Shown piece after piece: positions 37,680 through 51,090 of a DNA stretch of 64,000 nucleotides. A program made the translations under genes and the position numbers. The notes beneath the pieces are model-generated. The model made no database searches. It saw only the letters and a list, made by a program, of their open reading frames with translations, and was not told the origin of the DNA. Origin of the DNA: Octopus sinensis (Eukaryota); assembly GCF_006345805.1 (NCBI RefSeq), contig NC_043006.1, positions 29,636,001 through 29,700,000 of the forward strand. Reading direction: 5' to 3'. Each line of letters starts with the position of its first letter. The first letter of the stretch is position 1.

Positions 37680-38889
37680 CTGGAAAAGACAAAAGGTCAA
37701 CCATGTCTTAGGATATCTTCAAACAAGGTGACATATATGACAATTATGAGGTTGAAATGTTACAACAATTTGTGTTTCATTCTCTGAGGTCCCAAAACAT
37801 TGTGGTGATGGGAGAAGTGAAGCCTGTAAAGAAAAGATCATATGAATCTCTGACATTTCTATTTAAGTGGCGCCATAATCAGCATCAATTTCCTGATTGC
37901 AATATAGAACAGAACTTTAATCAAAAATATAAACGGTGTGTTATCCACTGAAGATGATTCTCGAGGGAATATCAAAACTAAGAGCTAAAATCATTTCATA
38001 AAACAAGAGAACCTGAAGAGAAAATTTCCATTAAATATTGAGATTGGTCAAATTTACAATTTCTTGAGCTAGGAGCAGCTGGGTTTTATAAATAATTTAA
38101 AGACCCAAAGTTATTGATAAACCATTGAGGGGATCCACTTGTTTAGCCTATTTTGTATCTGATAAAATTTATTATCACTCTCTGTTTTTGTCAGTGGATA
38201 AGTGTAATTAAAGAAATAGTTGAGTAAATGATTCCATTGTTGGCCTAAAGAGGAGGAGGAAGAGGTAGAACTTTCTTCTGCCCGTATTACGAGAGATATG
38301 AAACTAATATATATTTCAATTGACAACAGAGTGTCAATTATTATATATTTATTGTGGTTTTATCAATATCAACAATATCAAAATGGTGTTATGACATCAC
38401 TGACCTTAAAAAATGATAGACACTAATTCCACCCACCCATTATACGGTTTTGGTTGTTTTTTTTTGTTTTTTTGTTTTTGGTTTGTTTTGTTTTCTCTCA
38501 TGTCTCATTCATTCCATAAATCTCTGACCATTTTTGCTACTACAATGAAAAGCTTCAGTAATTACAAAATGCAACTGCCCCCTATTTCTTTCACCTCCCC
38601 AGCCCCTCCCCTCACTCCCAGTCATCGAAATCTCTCTGATTCTCACTTTCACTCCATTGCAGCAGCCATTTTACTTTCTTTTGTTCATTGCTTTATCCTG
38701 TTACTAAGAAAACACACACACAAGTCAAACATGGAAACCTTTATGCAGGCACTCAGCTTGTTTGAAATAGCAGCCAAATCTCTTTTGTATCACAGCTTAT
38801 TGTAAAAAAGTAAAGACATAAGATGGCGTGAGATAGGGTGGTCACAACTGGAACGCCTTTGATCATAGATTGGCTCAATAAAAGATAAC

Positions 38890-39205
38890 TTGGGACTAAA
38901 TGACAAGTCCACAATAAAATATTACTGACAAAAATTTTTTAAACTCACTAACATCAGTTGTCAAGCAATGATGAGGGACAAACACAGACACACAAATACA
39001 CACACATATATGTGTGTGTATGTATATATATATATATACATACATATAATGGACTTCTTCACAGTTTCTGTCTATCAAATCCACTCACAAGGCTTTGGCT
39101 AGCCCAAAGCTAGAGTAGAAGACACTTGCCCAAGATGCCACAAAGTGGGATTGAACCTGGAGCCATGTGGTTGGTAAGCAAGCTACTTACCACACAGCCA
39201 CTCCA
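38890..39205 (-). mobile_element. Family C SINE
   Basis: gacacttgcccaagatgcca...aagctacttaccacacagccact. Confidence 0.85.
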
Positions 39206-39328
39206 AACATTAATATAGTTTGGAACAATCAAATAATACAGGTGTGAAAAATATGGCAGCTGAAAGAAAATGTAAACCACAAATGGCTGACTCAATAAAG
39301 CATAGGAAAGTTTGACAGAAAGTAACCT

Positions 39329-39544
39329 ATTTCTTTATTACCCACAAGGGGCTAAACATAGAGGGGACAAACAAGGACAGACATAGGTATCAAGTTGATT
39401 ACATCGACCCCAGTGCATAACTGGTACTTAATTTATCGACCTCGAAAGGATGAAAGGCAAAGTCGACCTCGGCGGAATTTGAACTCAGAACATAACAGCA
39501 GACGAAATACGGCTACGCTAACGATTCTACCAGCTCGCCACCTT
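39329..39544 (-). mobile_element. Young family A SINE with 22-bp TSD
   Basis: aaagtttgacagaaagtaacct at both 39307-39328 and 39545-39566. Confidence 0.92.
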
Positions 39545-40314
39545 AAAGTTTGACAGAAAGTAACCTGCCACTTGAAGGGCCATGCTTTTTCTCAAGAATC
39601 CAGTCCAGCAGTGGAATAGTTTTGTTGTTGCAGGTGTTTAATTCCAGCAGAGACATGACTGACCAAACTTATCATCAATCACTTAAATCATGAAAACTTT
39701 CATTGAATTTCCTGTTTTTGTGTGTCCAAAGACACAAGAGTGCAGTTTGAAGAAATTAGGTTGTTACTTCTAGCAGGTTCAGTGATTCTATAGAGATTGT
39801 CACATTGGTTCTTTGAAACAAGTGATGTGTTATAAACAATGGCAGCACCATAAAAAAAAAAAGGATCCAAATCCTCCTGGGGCAGGGAGGGGTTGAAAGA
39901 ATTTTTTTGTTCAGTTTTCACCTCAACCATTGTTGAGAGAAAATATAACTTAAGCCAAGGATATGTCAAAGATTAATGAAAATATTGGGGTTTTGACACA
40001 GTAGGGTAGTCCATGGAATTATTTTGGTACTGGAAGCTGTAATATCACAATACAAAACTGAGTTTATTCACTGACAAAAACATCGACTTAGCATTGAATT
40101 TTTAAAGTTTCAAATATTTAACTCCTTTACTTTTGAGCTTATGAAGCATTTTTCTTAATATCTGAAACTGTAGGAGTGTCTTTTCTGCATGTAACTTATT
40201 AGATTTATACATGTGATTTTATTAATTGATGTATAAGAAGACAAACTTTATGATTTGCCACCATATAAATCTTTATGTAAATGATACATGTGTGTGTATG
40301 TGTGTATGTGGCAA

Positions 40315-40362
<48 letters not shown>

Positions 40363-40377
40363 GTATGTATTTATTTA

Positions 40378-41667
40378 TCAGGTCATCCCATAAGTTCTGT
40401 CCGAATTTTGAGTAAAAGATAAAAGTGATTAAATGTTATATTTAATTGAAATTTAATCATCAATGTACATTCCCTGATTATCTATGACTTCCTTCCATCT
40501 AGTTACAAACTTTTTAATCCCATCAATGTAAAACTCTTTTGGTTTCAAAGCGAACAAAATCTGAAATGTCAGTTTTGACCTCCTCCTGGCTTGCAAAAGT
40601 TATGTCCCACAAATGATTCTGTAAACTATGAAACAAATGCTAGTCTGAAGGAGCAAGGTCGGAAGAATAAGGTGGATGAGGAATTTTTTCCCAACCAAGC
40701 TCTTCAATTTCCTGTAATGTGATCTTTGCTGTGTAGGGTCGTGCATTGTCCTGATGAAACATCACTCCTTTTTGATTCACTAAAGCGGGTCTTTTGTTCT
40801 TCAGAGCTCGGTTCAAATGCTCTAATTGCTGACAGTAGACTTGAGCATTGATTGTTGCATTAAGTGGTTACAACTGAAAGTGAATTACTCCTTTACAATC
40901 CCACCAAATAGAGAGAAGAACCTTTTTCCCCATGAAGTTCCCTCCTCGGTTGTGGTTGAGCTTTTTCCCTTTTACCAAGCCACTGTTTATGGCATTTAAC
41001 ATTTCGATAGAAGATCCATTTTTCATCACCAGTCACAAGTCTATCCAAAAAGGGTGAGATGAGTTCATGAGAATGGAGAGAAGAGCAGATGTCAACTCGG
41101 GATTTGTGGTTGCTTTCGGACAATTCATGAGGCACCCATTTTCCAAGCTTAGGAACCTTTCCAAGTTGTTGAAGATGATGATGAACAGTTGTATGGTTTG
41201 AACTAAGCTTTATTGCCAATTCTTCAACTGATAATGCAGGATTTTCTTCAAGTAATGCCTCAAGGAGCTTATCATCAAACTCAACTGGGTATCCTGTTCG
41301 ATCTTCATCTTCAAGGCTGAAATCTCCACTTCTGAATTTTGCAAACCATCTTCTGCAAGTTCTTTGCATTCAAGCATTCCTTCCCATAAACTGAGTGTAT
41401 GTTTAGAGTCGCTTTGGCTACAGAGTTTCCTTTTTTGTACTCATAAAGCATTATGTGCCTTAAATGCTCTTTGGATACTTCCATGTTAGAAAGGGTTTTA
41501 ATCAAAGAAATTTTAATTCTATTATTCTGTAATATAATATTTAATTAGTTTAAATGTACACAAATGCATAAAAATAATTTTTAATTCCATTAGACATCCT
41601 AAAATACTATTAAATTTCATTCAATTTTAAAAAGGTAAAATTGGACAGAACTTATGGGATGACCTGA
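40378..41667 (-). mobile_element. Full-length mariner (1290 bp), transposase pseudogene
   Basis: TA|TCAGGTCATCCCATAAGTTCTGTCC...GGACAGAACTTATGGGATGACCTGA|TA; MEVSKEHLRH, WVPHEL, VTGDEKW, HQDNARP, HPPYS.DLAPSD; at least 2 frameshifts plus stops. Confidence 0.97.
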
Positions 41668-41709
41668 TACATATGGGTGCTTATACATGTGTGTGTGTGT
41701 GTGTGTGTA

Positions 41710-41870
41710 TATCATTATCATCATCATCATCATTTACTGTCCGTGTTCCATGCTAGCATAGGAGGGATGGTACCAGAAGAGCCGGCCAGGCTGAAGCCTG
41801 CACCAGACTTCTGTTTTGGCAGGATTTTTTACAGCTGGATGCCCTTCCTAACACCAACCACTCAGCAGAT
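41710..41870 (-). mobile_element. Family B copy
   Basis: (cat)n + ccgtgttccatgctagca...ctggatgcccttcctaac. Confidence 0.85.
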
Positions 41871-42263
41871 TCAGTTAAATTAGGTACTTAAATTGAGGCA
41901 TCTTGTTAGGATAAACTTATTTGCACACTCAAACAATATTAGGTGAGTATCAAACTCCAAATATGAAATTTTTAAATACAGAGATAAGAACAACTTAATT
42001 AATAATAGATCTTAGACTGTCATGTGTTCATAAGATTACCTTTAAATACTTTAGGAGTTGATAATTATTTAGTATTACATAATTTTTCTTGGTGATTAAA
42101 AAAAAGATTTTCTCTTTAACCTCTTTGATTTATTAAATCTTAATAATCATAATATAAACCTACCCAATCCCTGTGGTGAATCTATTCTATCACAGTTAAT
42201 ATAAATATACTGGAGATGTACTTGCATAGCAAGTGACCTGATTTGAGATCGTGTGCTGGAACG

Positions 42264-42473
42264 ATAACAATTGCAGCATGGAAGGTGTTTATAAACCATT
42301 TAAGAAACACACAAAAAAATTCCATGGTGCACAGAATTCTGTCAGTGAACAGGTCACGGTCTCAAAGTGACGAAAATATTTTGGCAAATTAAATTTAAAT
42401 GTTGAAGTGAATCTAACGATTTTTGTGTGTTTCTTAAATGGTTTAGAAACACCTTCCACACTGCAATTGTTAT
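42264..42473. mobile_element. MITE-like element with ~54-bp inverted repeats
   Basis: ataacaattgcagcatggaaggtgtttataaaccatttaagaaacacacaaaaa is mirrored with 3 mismatches. Confidence 0.8.
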
Positions 42474-43129
42474 AAATATACAATTTTTTCCTAACGAGTC
42501 CTTAATTTTCAAATCTCCCCTAATTATAAAATACACCCTTTATGATCCCTTACTGCCATACTTCATTCCTTGATCTTCATTGTATTTTAAATATATTTGC
42601 TTAACCTATTTCTAATGATATTTTTAATTCTATTTTATCTCTATTATAATCCAGTATACTTACACCTTTTCCAATCTAGTATTAATAATTAATTAATATT
42701 CTGATTATAACTATTCATATCACAATTCCATTATAATATTTTCGTTATTTTCATTTTATATTACCTTATTTTCTTTTTATATATCCTTGCATAGCATCTT
42801 TTATTGACTTACATTTATGAAATTTTTTAAAAAAGAATTTTTTTTAGTATAATGTTTTTTTTATAATTTTTTATTATAGCTTTTAGTATAATTCTTCTCT
42901 CAGATATTTTCTTATATTTCCTTGTATAATTTATAATTCTTATATCTTAAGAGTTTATATACTCTATGTATTTTTCATAATTTTTTCTATGTTTTATTAA
43001 TACTTTGACAGTTTAAAATTTTTTTTCCATATATCCCATTGCGTACTGGGAACCTAAAATTATAAAATTACTATATTTTTTGCACATTTTTTTAATATAT
43101 ATTAAATATTTCATGTTTTATATTTTCAT

Positions 43130-43280
43130 AAATTGGCACCCATGCCAGTGGCACATAAAAGTACCCAATACACTCTCAGAGTGGTTGGTGTTAGGAAGGG
43201 CATCCAGACATAGAAAACCACAACAAATCAGACTGGAGTCTGGTGCAGCCTTCCAGCATGCCAGCCAGATGATGATGTAT
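43130..43280 (+). mobile_element. Family B copy
   Basis: gtggcacataaaagtaccc...aggaagggcatccag...gatgatgatg. Confidence 0.85.
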
Positions 43281-44272
43281 ATATATATATATATCCTTTT
43301 TTTTTTTACATTTTCTTATATTCATCATCATCATCATCATTGTTTATATTTTATATCTGGTTATATTTTTATCTTTATTTTTTATTTCCTTATATTTTTG
43401 AAGTTTTTATAGTATAAAAATTTGGTGGTAATTTACAATTTTTAATTTTTTTCATAAAATCCGTTATATGCTGCAACCTTATATTATCATATTACATTTA
43501 GTTATATCTGAAACTTCTTTCTAGCCTTTATATATCTATATATCTACATTTTGCTTCAATGGTATAAGTAAACTAAGGTTAAAACATACTCCTTCAATTT
43601 ATATTCCAGCCAGAATCCTTTTAACAGTTTTTAACACTTTCTCTTCCCCTTTAAGATGACAATTCAAATAAGCTTTATTAGCCACCCCATCCCCGCTTTT
43701 TATTCTCTTATCACCACTCCCCCATCAGACACCCTATGACCTACCCTTTGGTGTAGATACAGGCAGAGGTAAAGTTCCATTTTCTTAGTAGAATGGCTAT
43801 CATGATACTAATTAATTTATAACTCCCTAAAGATCTAATTTTAAATATTATGAAGATTACATTCTCCCTACTGTCTTCCATGTGAACATAATGGGGGGGG
43901 TCCCCTACTCTCTCCTTCACCCTTCCCCACCACTCTAGCCTATGCTAATTTCTGGCTTGTTTGTCACTGTACTGTCCTTTTTTTCCCTTCTGCCAAAAAA
44001 TTTAGTTGTGAAATCATTGTAAATATTTGCTCTCTATTGATGATATGAAAATGTTTAAATATCTAACTAGTGCTTTATGCTTGAAGTCTAAGGGGTCATC
44101 TGATGAGAACGGTTTCCTTTGTAATGATGTAATGCTTCCATTGATCAATTAAAAGAGTTGCTCGAAACAACCATAAAGAATACATCTTATACATCTTTGT
44201 TACTCATTTATATATATATATATATATATATAGCATAAGGGTGTCCACATAGTGGTTTCCCTCTAATATGTA

Positions 44273-44310
<38 letters not shown>

Positions 44311-44499
44311 CATATATAATGATGATGTATGTATATGCATACAAACACACACGTCTATACATTAAAGAAATTAAATGTCAAATGAATAAAATCTAAATAC
44401 ATGAATGTGTATAAATAAATGTGTGTATATGTATATATATATATGTATATATACACACATACACAAACATATAAACACACATATGTATAAATATATATA

Positions 44500-44960
44500 T
44501 CATCATCATCATCATTTAACGTCTGCTTTCCATGCCGGCATGGGTTAGATGGTTTGACTGGAACTGGTAAGCCAGAGAGCTGTACCAGGTTCCAGTCTGA
44601 ATTTGGATTCGTCTCTACAGCTGGATGCCCTTCCTAATGCCAACCACTTCGAGAGTGTAGTAGGTGCCTTCTACACGTCACCATCATGGATGCTTTTACG
44701 TGTCACCAGCACAGGTGTTGTTACACATCACCTGCACCAGCCACAACTACCATTTTACTTGGTTTGATGAGTCTTCTTAAGCACAGCCAATCGCCAAACA
44801 TCATGATCACTTGTCATCACCTCTGTTACACCCCACATTTGAAGATCATGCTTCACCACTTTGTCCCATGTCTTTCTGGGTCTACCTCTTGCATAGGTCC
44901 CCTCCAAAGGTGGTTTTAGTATATATATATATCCTAAAACCACCTTCATAATGTTTGTCC
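44500..44960 (-). mobile_element. RTE C-terminus plus family B 3' UTR
   Basis: ORF 44755-44949 RGRPRKTWDKVVKHDL..DHDVWRLAVLKKT*, followed by family B and (gat)n. Confidence 0.85.
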
Positions 44961-45822
44961 TTAAGAGGCACTGCTATATCAACCTTCTCTCCCACCCACA
45001 TTTTATCCCCTGACACCCATCATTTCCTCTATCACCTGAGAGTAGAACAGGCACATACTACACCCCTTGGCCTTGTCAGTTACCTTTACTCCACCCCACC
45101 ACCTACAGTCTCCCCCCAATCATCTCCATCTATGCCTTCTGCCCCCTCCTTATGTCACTCTCCACCATCAACACCTCACCCACCTGCAATCACTCTCAAT
45201 GCCCTTACATATCTATTCCAACTCCTGCACACACCTAAATCTCTCCTATATTTCTCTCCATCATTTGCTTCAGTCACTTCATCCTACCCGCTCACCCAGC
45301 CCAAGCCTCTACATCACCTCACCCATTCTCACCACCCCCAATGTGTTTCTACCATCCTGTCTTTTTTTTTAAGCATATCTCAAACTAGTTTATTGAATGT
45401 CTCTTGCATTTATTAAGACAGTAAGGTAATATTTGAGGAATAATATTCTAGTGTAGAATGTAAAGAGTTAACAGCCTTTAAAAGGTGAAATATTTTCTAC
45501 TCCAGTAGAATATCAGCATTTGTGATGACATGTAGGCTCTATGAATATATACACCATAATAGTATATATAACCATAGATAAAAATAAGCAAGTTACATCA
45601 TATGTGCATATGAGTGTTGTTGAACAACCAAGTAGTAAACATCCTTAAGGTATTTCAATAATATTTTTTTTCATTAACCAGGTACGTATAAAGTATGAAA
45701 ACATTTCCAAGGGATGCTTCTGCACGAAACACATTAAATACAGGCTAGCCATAATTAATTCAGTGGAAATAAGAAGAAAGGTCTGCTTAATCAGTGAAAT
45801 AGCCTGTCGGTCATTCTAAGAT

Positions 45823-46270
45823 TTCTTCTCTTCTTCTTCTTACAGCATTCACCCGGGGTGGGTTGAGCTGGCTTTATTCATCCTCAATGCTGCATCTCTC
45901 ACAAACGCCGACCAGGCCTGGCAATTTGAGGCTAACGACCACGTGATCTCCAACCACTCCTTATTCCAGTGGTGAATGCCGTAGATATGGGGGCCTAGGT
46001 TGAGTTCCAGATCAGCCTTGACTGTCATCAGCCAGGTTTTTCATTGTCCACCACATCGCTTTCGCCAACCCTGAAGGGAAGCTGGGGCAATTGCTTCATA
46101 GATGAATTCTCCTGGTTGACGACGGAGGGCATGACCCCGCCAACGTAGACGTCTCGTTAGGATGACTTGTCGGTGGGAGGTGAGTCTGCACTGGTGTCGC
46201 ACCGAATTGTTGGAGACAAAGTGATGCCATCAGACACGAAGGATGCGGCGTAGACAGATTTGTTACATAC
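45823..46270 (-). mobile_element. RTE LINE 3' end with (AAG)n tail, no frameshifts
   Basis: CLRRILRV*WHHFVSN..ILTRRLRWRGHALRR..WRKRCGGQ*KTW..LASNCQAWSAFV. Confidence 0.9.
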
Positions 46271-46588
46271 CTGTCCAATTTAACGTACTAGTCCAATAAA
46301 ACCAGCACACATCCTGAATTATTACTTACTAGCTTAAAAGCTGCCCTATTGAACGGCTTTTAAGCTAGCTCCTGTGGAGGACTCTTCACTGGGCCTTGAG
46401 CACAACAATGACACTTTATGCATTGAGTACATATTAAAACTTGACCAATATTTTTCAAGCAATGAACAATTTTCATCAAAACAATGATATAATTTGTCAA
46501 CTTGAAACTTATTGCAAAGCTGCAGGATAAACATTTTTCATCTTCCCATTTGGGTGCCAATATAATTTATTTTTTTTTTGTCTAACCT

Positions 46589-46632
<44 letters not shown>

Positions 46633-47329
46633 CTCTCTCTCTCTCTTTCTCTTGATTGTTTTCAACCATCACAAGTACCATACAGACACCATTCAGACTT
46701 CTGATGTCACCACTATCAATACCTTTGACTTTGCCGTCTATTACATCCCTTACTATCACCATCATCCCTGACCGCCTTAGCTACCACCACCACCACCACC
46801 ATCATCACTGTTGTCTCCACCTCTATCACAACTACAGCTCATACTATTACTATCACCTCATTACCAACATAACTGTCAATCTACTACCACCCTCACCGTC
46901 ATTATGCCTACTGTTACTCTCACGCCAGCAGGAGGAATAGTAGAAGTGTCACTGAACAGTGAGAGGGGGGGGGTCAAAGTGTGACACACTGACACACAGA
47001 AATTTGTTTTGGCATTTATTTATTATACATTACTCACTGTAGGTCAACATTTAATTACAATCAATTTAAACTTTTAAATTCTCTCTCTTGTTTTCCTTCA
47101 CAAGAATCGTAATTAACAGTAAAGAAAGGCCTTCACATAATGGGATAAAACGAAGAACTAAGAAACTGAGTCATACATCCAATTTATTGGGAATTAATTC
47201 TTATAGTTAAAATCTTGTGATATTTGAGACAAAGCAATAAATTTGTGCATGGAAAACAAAATGAAAAAATGACTCATATTTTGCTAAAGTATTAATAATG
47301 TAAATGAAGTGAAATGCTTCAACAATAGT

Positions 47330-47745
47330 GAAAAGAATTTGTGGAGGGAACATGTGGAAGGAGTAGACCTAGGAGGATGTGGAGCAAAGTGGTGAGAAAA
47401 GATTTTTAGATGTTGGGCTTCACAGTGGAGATGACAGGGGACTGAGGCTCTTGGCAGTTTGCTGTGCTTGAGAAGAAACATCAAGCTTAAGTAAAATTGT
47501 GGTTGTCCTTACATACAGGCATGTTCCCTGCAACCCTCTGCAGCTGAGTGTTTCTAATCTTGCAGGTTCATGGAAACTGGTATCACGTAAAAAGCACCGG
47601 TACCAGTGCCATATAAAAGCACCCAGTACACTCTGTCAAGTGGTTGATGTTAGGAAGGACATCAAGTTGTAGAAACCATGCCAAAACAGGCATGGAGCCC
47701 AGACAGCTCCTGTCCAGCCCAACATTAGATGATGATGATGATATT
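47330..47745 (+). mobile_element. RTE C-terminus plus family B 3' UTR
   Basis: gtagacctaggaggatgtgg...gctgtgcttgagaaga then aaaagcacc units and (gat)n. Confidence 0.8.
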
Positions 47746-47849
47746 TCAGAAAGGTTGTACTTGACTTAGAAAATGAGAAATTCTAAACTATTTGCTAAAT
47801 GTTAGACTAGATTTTACTTAACATTGCATCTATATTATTTCTACCATCA

Positions 47850-48300
47850 TCAATACTTTTTATGTTGATCTCTACCACACAATCCTTGGGCATCCTGTCT
47901 TCTTCCTTTTAGCCCTAGGTTCCAGTCAAAGACTTACTTTACTAAATATCCCACAGAACTTCTTAATGTGTGGCCTATCCATCCCTACTAAAATTTTACC
48001 CCCTGTGGTCTGAGGGGTTCCTACATGGTTTTGAAGTAGAGTTTTATGTTGCTCACAATATCTGGATATCTAACATTTAGGATGGCTCTAAGGCAGCCAT
48101 TCCAAATGTCTGGAGCTTCTTGATGATATTCACATTCATCTGCCATTATTCTGTACCATTTTATTATTATAACATCACATTTGAACTTCAAATGGTTGAA
48201 AAAATTTTCATAAGTCATGTTGCCTCCACCACAAAAATCTTCAACGAAAGCTTCATCTCAGAATTATTTGACTTAAATCTTTGAATCAATGGAAACAAAA
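47850..48300 (-). mobile_element. Decayed RTE fragment
   Basis: CLRAILNVRYPDIVSN..LY motif in ORF 48021-48218. Confidence 0.6.
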
Positions 48301-49544
48301 TGCAAGTTTGTTTCTCTCTTACATTTATATTTAACACTTCTGGTACAGCATCATGGTCAGTGTGTATGAAAACATAATCCTTTCATCAAAATTATAATTA
48401 TTTAATTCTATGTGAACCCTAATCAAGCAGATCTATGATTAAAGGCATTCTATGATGATCCTGTCCTTTTAGGGGTCGTTATCTAATAGATCCTTTCCTC
48501 TTCCAAAGTAGTAGGGTGCATTCTCAAGAGATTTAATTTCTTTGTTCACTCATCAAAGTTGTTTTTTTCTTTTTTCGGATAAGCAAAAGGTTTCTTATGC
48601 TTTTTAAATGTAATTAAACTAAATACATTTTTCTTAAATTAAAAATTAGAAATAAATAATAATTTCTATATTTCCTTTTGATGAAGACTACAGATTTACT
48701 GTTAAAACCAAGGAAAATCCAGAAGTCAAAATATTAGAACTCAGAAGAAAATATTTACAAAGAGTCTTATTGCAAAAATCTTCCCATTTGACTCAGAACC
48801 AACTAGAATTGTTATGGAATCAATTATTTATTTTTAAAAATGTAGAAAAGATGATGCTATAAGAATATGACCACAGAGATATCGAAATTATCTCTTCTCT
48901 ATCCATCTATCTTCTCTGCCCACTATTCATGGAAAGGTTGTACGGGGAAAATATTCGGGAACCTCCTCCATAGGGTACTACTACCAGAAGCAACTGGTAG
49001 TACCAGCAGGATACCCAAGCATAGCTCTTCAACCTGAAGAACTTGTCTTGCTATTTTTCTTGCAATATATTCTGACCTCGTCTCTGTATTACCAGACTTG
49101 TATCCTCTCAATGTAGTAGCAGCTTGACCAGAAAGACTGCCTGATCTTCTGAGCTACACACCCTGTTGAGGGAACCCTATTTTGGTTGATTGTATTCACA
49201 ATCCTACTCATTTGGTCATCATCCCTACTAATATTTTTAATTAAAACCAAAAGAGAAAATTTTGAAATCATAACACATAAGTTATATATTTTTGAACTTA
49301 ATTAATAGTACTTCTTATATAAACCAACTGATATAAATGTTGACCCTAAAATTAAAGATCCAAGATTGCTATTGAGCTTTGTTTTTGTCATTTTCTATAG
49401 TACTTTTAAGCATTTTATTTTATTCATTGTTTTTATTTTCTTCAGCCTCTGCAACAGTTTATGAATATGAGAGTGTTTCTGTCTCTGATTTCAGAACAAT
49501 CTTCTTTTGTAGCTGAACTGAGAATGAATGGTGATACTTTCTGT

Positions 49545-49800
49545 GTTCATCTCTCATCTTATCTTCTACACCCACTTATTCCTAAAAGGGTCATGGGGGC
49601 AGGAGTCCTCAAGCACATCTTCCATCAGATCCTGTCAGAAGCAATTGTCTTCAATTAATCCAGCTGGATCCCTAAGAAAAACCAACCAAGCTTGTGAATG
49701 TTATCCAACCAACTTGCTTGTGGTCTAAACCTGAATCTTCTGCTAGTTGGCTTTTGTCCATAAAACCTGTCCACTGATTCTTTCCTGAGACATTCTTAAC
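49545..49800 (-). mobile_element. Decayed RTE 3' end
   Basis: LKTIASDRI*WKMCL.. remnant ending at agaagataag. Confidence 0.5.
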
Positions 49801-51051
49801 ACATGTCTGTAGTACCAGAGCCATGATCTCTCAATTCTGTGTTACAGTAGAAAATTTGAATGCATTAAAGCAACTTAATCTGCTTCTTCATGCTTCATGC
49901 CAAAATTATAAAAATCCAGCTTTTTTTCATTTTTATCTAAAATTTCTTAACTCCAAATTAAGAATCTATTTGGAATGAAACACTTGATTGCAGAGGATCC
50001 TTTCTCCAAAATTTTCAACTTTCACCTTATTACACCCATCTCACTTTCTGATACCAAATTTACTAAGGCAGAAAATAAAATTCTTGATGTTGGGACTAGG
50101 CCAATGAGTATTGCAAAGATTGTTGCTTTAAAGGAATGATGAATGATGACAGAGGCTTGAGCCATTTTCTCTTTCACCTAACAGTCTTTCACAATACTTA
50201 CATTTTTCCTAATTAAGTACAAATGAGCGCATTTCATTTATGACTGTAGTCTACTAAGAAGAGTTACTACATTACTTAGAAAATCTAATAGAATGAAACT
50301 ACAGTCCCTGATTGGAAATAAACTAACTAAAATGATATGTGAAAAACACAAAATCTTATGTTAATGGTCCAATGATCTTCTTCGTCGTCATCATAATCAT
50401 CATCATCTTGTAGTTAATAATTTATATCTGGAATGTTTGTTGTTTCCTGTACAGATTACGTTTAATACAAGTTCCACTAAAACTACAGCCTTTCTACCAA
50501 TACTGTTGCTGTGAACTGTAAAGAAAGCACAAATGGTAGAGACCCAAACTAGTAGATTCTTTACCGTGTTTAGTTCAGTGTCTGTCACTTGACAGTTCAA
50601 AAACAGAGTCAGCTTTGTTTTTCAAACATACTAAGTCAACAAAATAAGTCTTACTGCTTTTAGAAAAAGGAATACATATTCCACTATACTTTCAAATAAA
50701 TTCCTATTTATAATTATAAATACAGGCTTTTGATGTTGTTTTACTTCAACATAATATAGAATACTTTTCCTTTTTTCCCCTTGTCTCTCAACATGAATTT
50801 AAAAAAAAATTAATATCATGTCTAATGTCATCATACACAACATAGAGAGAACCTACCAACCATTTTGCTTTAGAGGCCTTACCTACAGCATACTTTTAGA
50901 ATATATTCCTCTCTCCTATCACCAATAATATACTATGTGTAATACAGCTTGTAATATTACATGGTGTTTATTGTTTATGCTATACAGAATAAAATGGTTT
51001 TTGTATGAGATTTTTCACAAACACTTGTTGAATCCAGCCATGTGTGTGAGT

Positions 51052-51090
<39 letters not shown>

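Noticed and set aside
38111-38326. 71-aa minus ORF close to the WSC exon
   Set aside because: Weak splice sites and no domain similarity.
44090-44175. CTGATGAG...GAAAC hammerhead-like core
   Set aside because: Stems I and III cannot be formed and stem II pairs poorly.
46346-46534. ORF resembling LRR C-terminal cap (..C..LL..W....LCSRP)
   Set aside because: Lacks NPxxCxC and ends in a stop before any good donor.
48923-49271. Two overlapping minus ORFs
   Set aside because: No convincing splice pair; adjacent to decayed RTE, probably element-derived.
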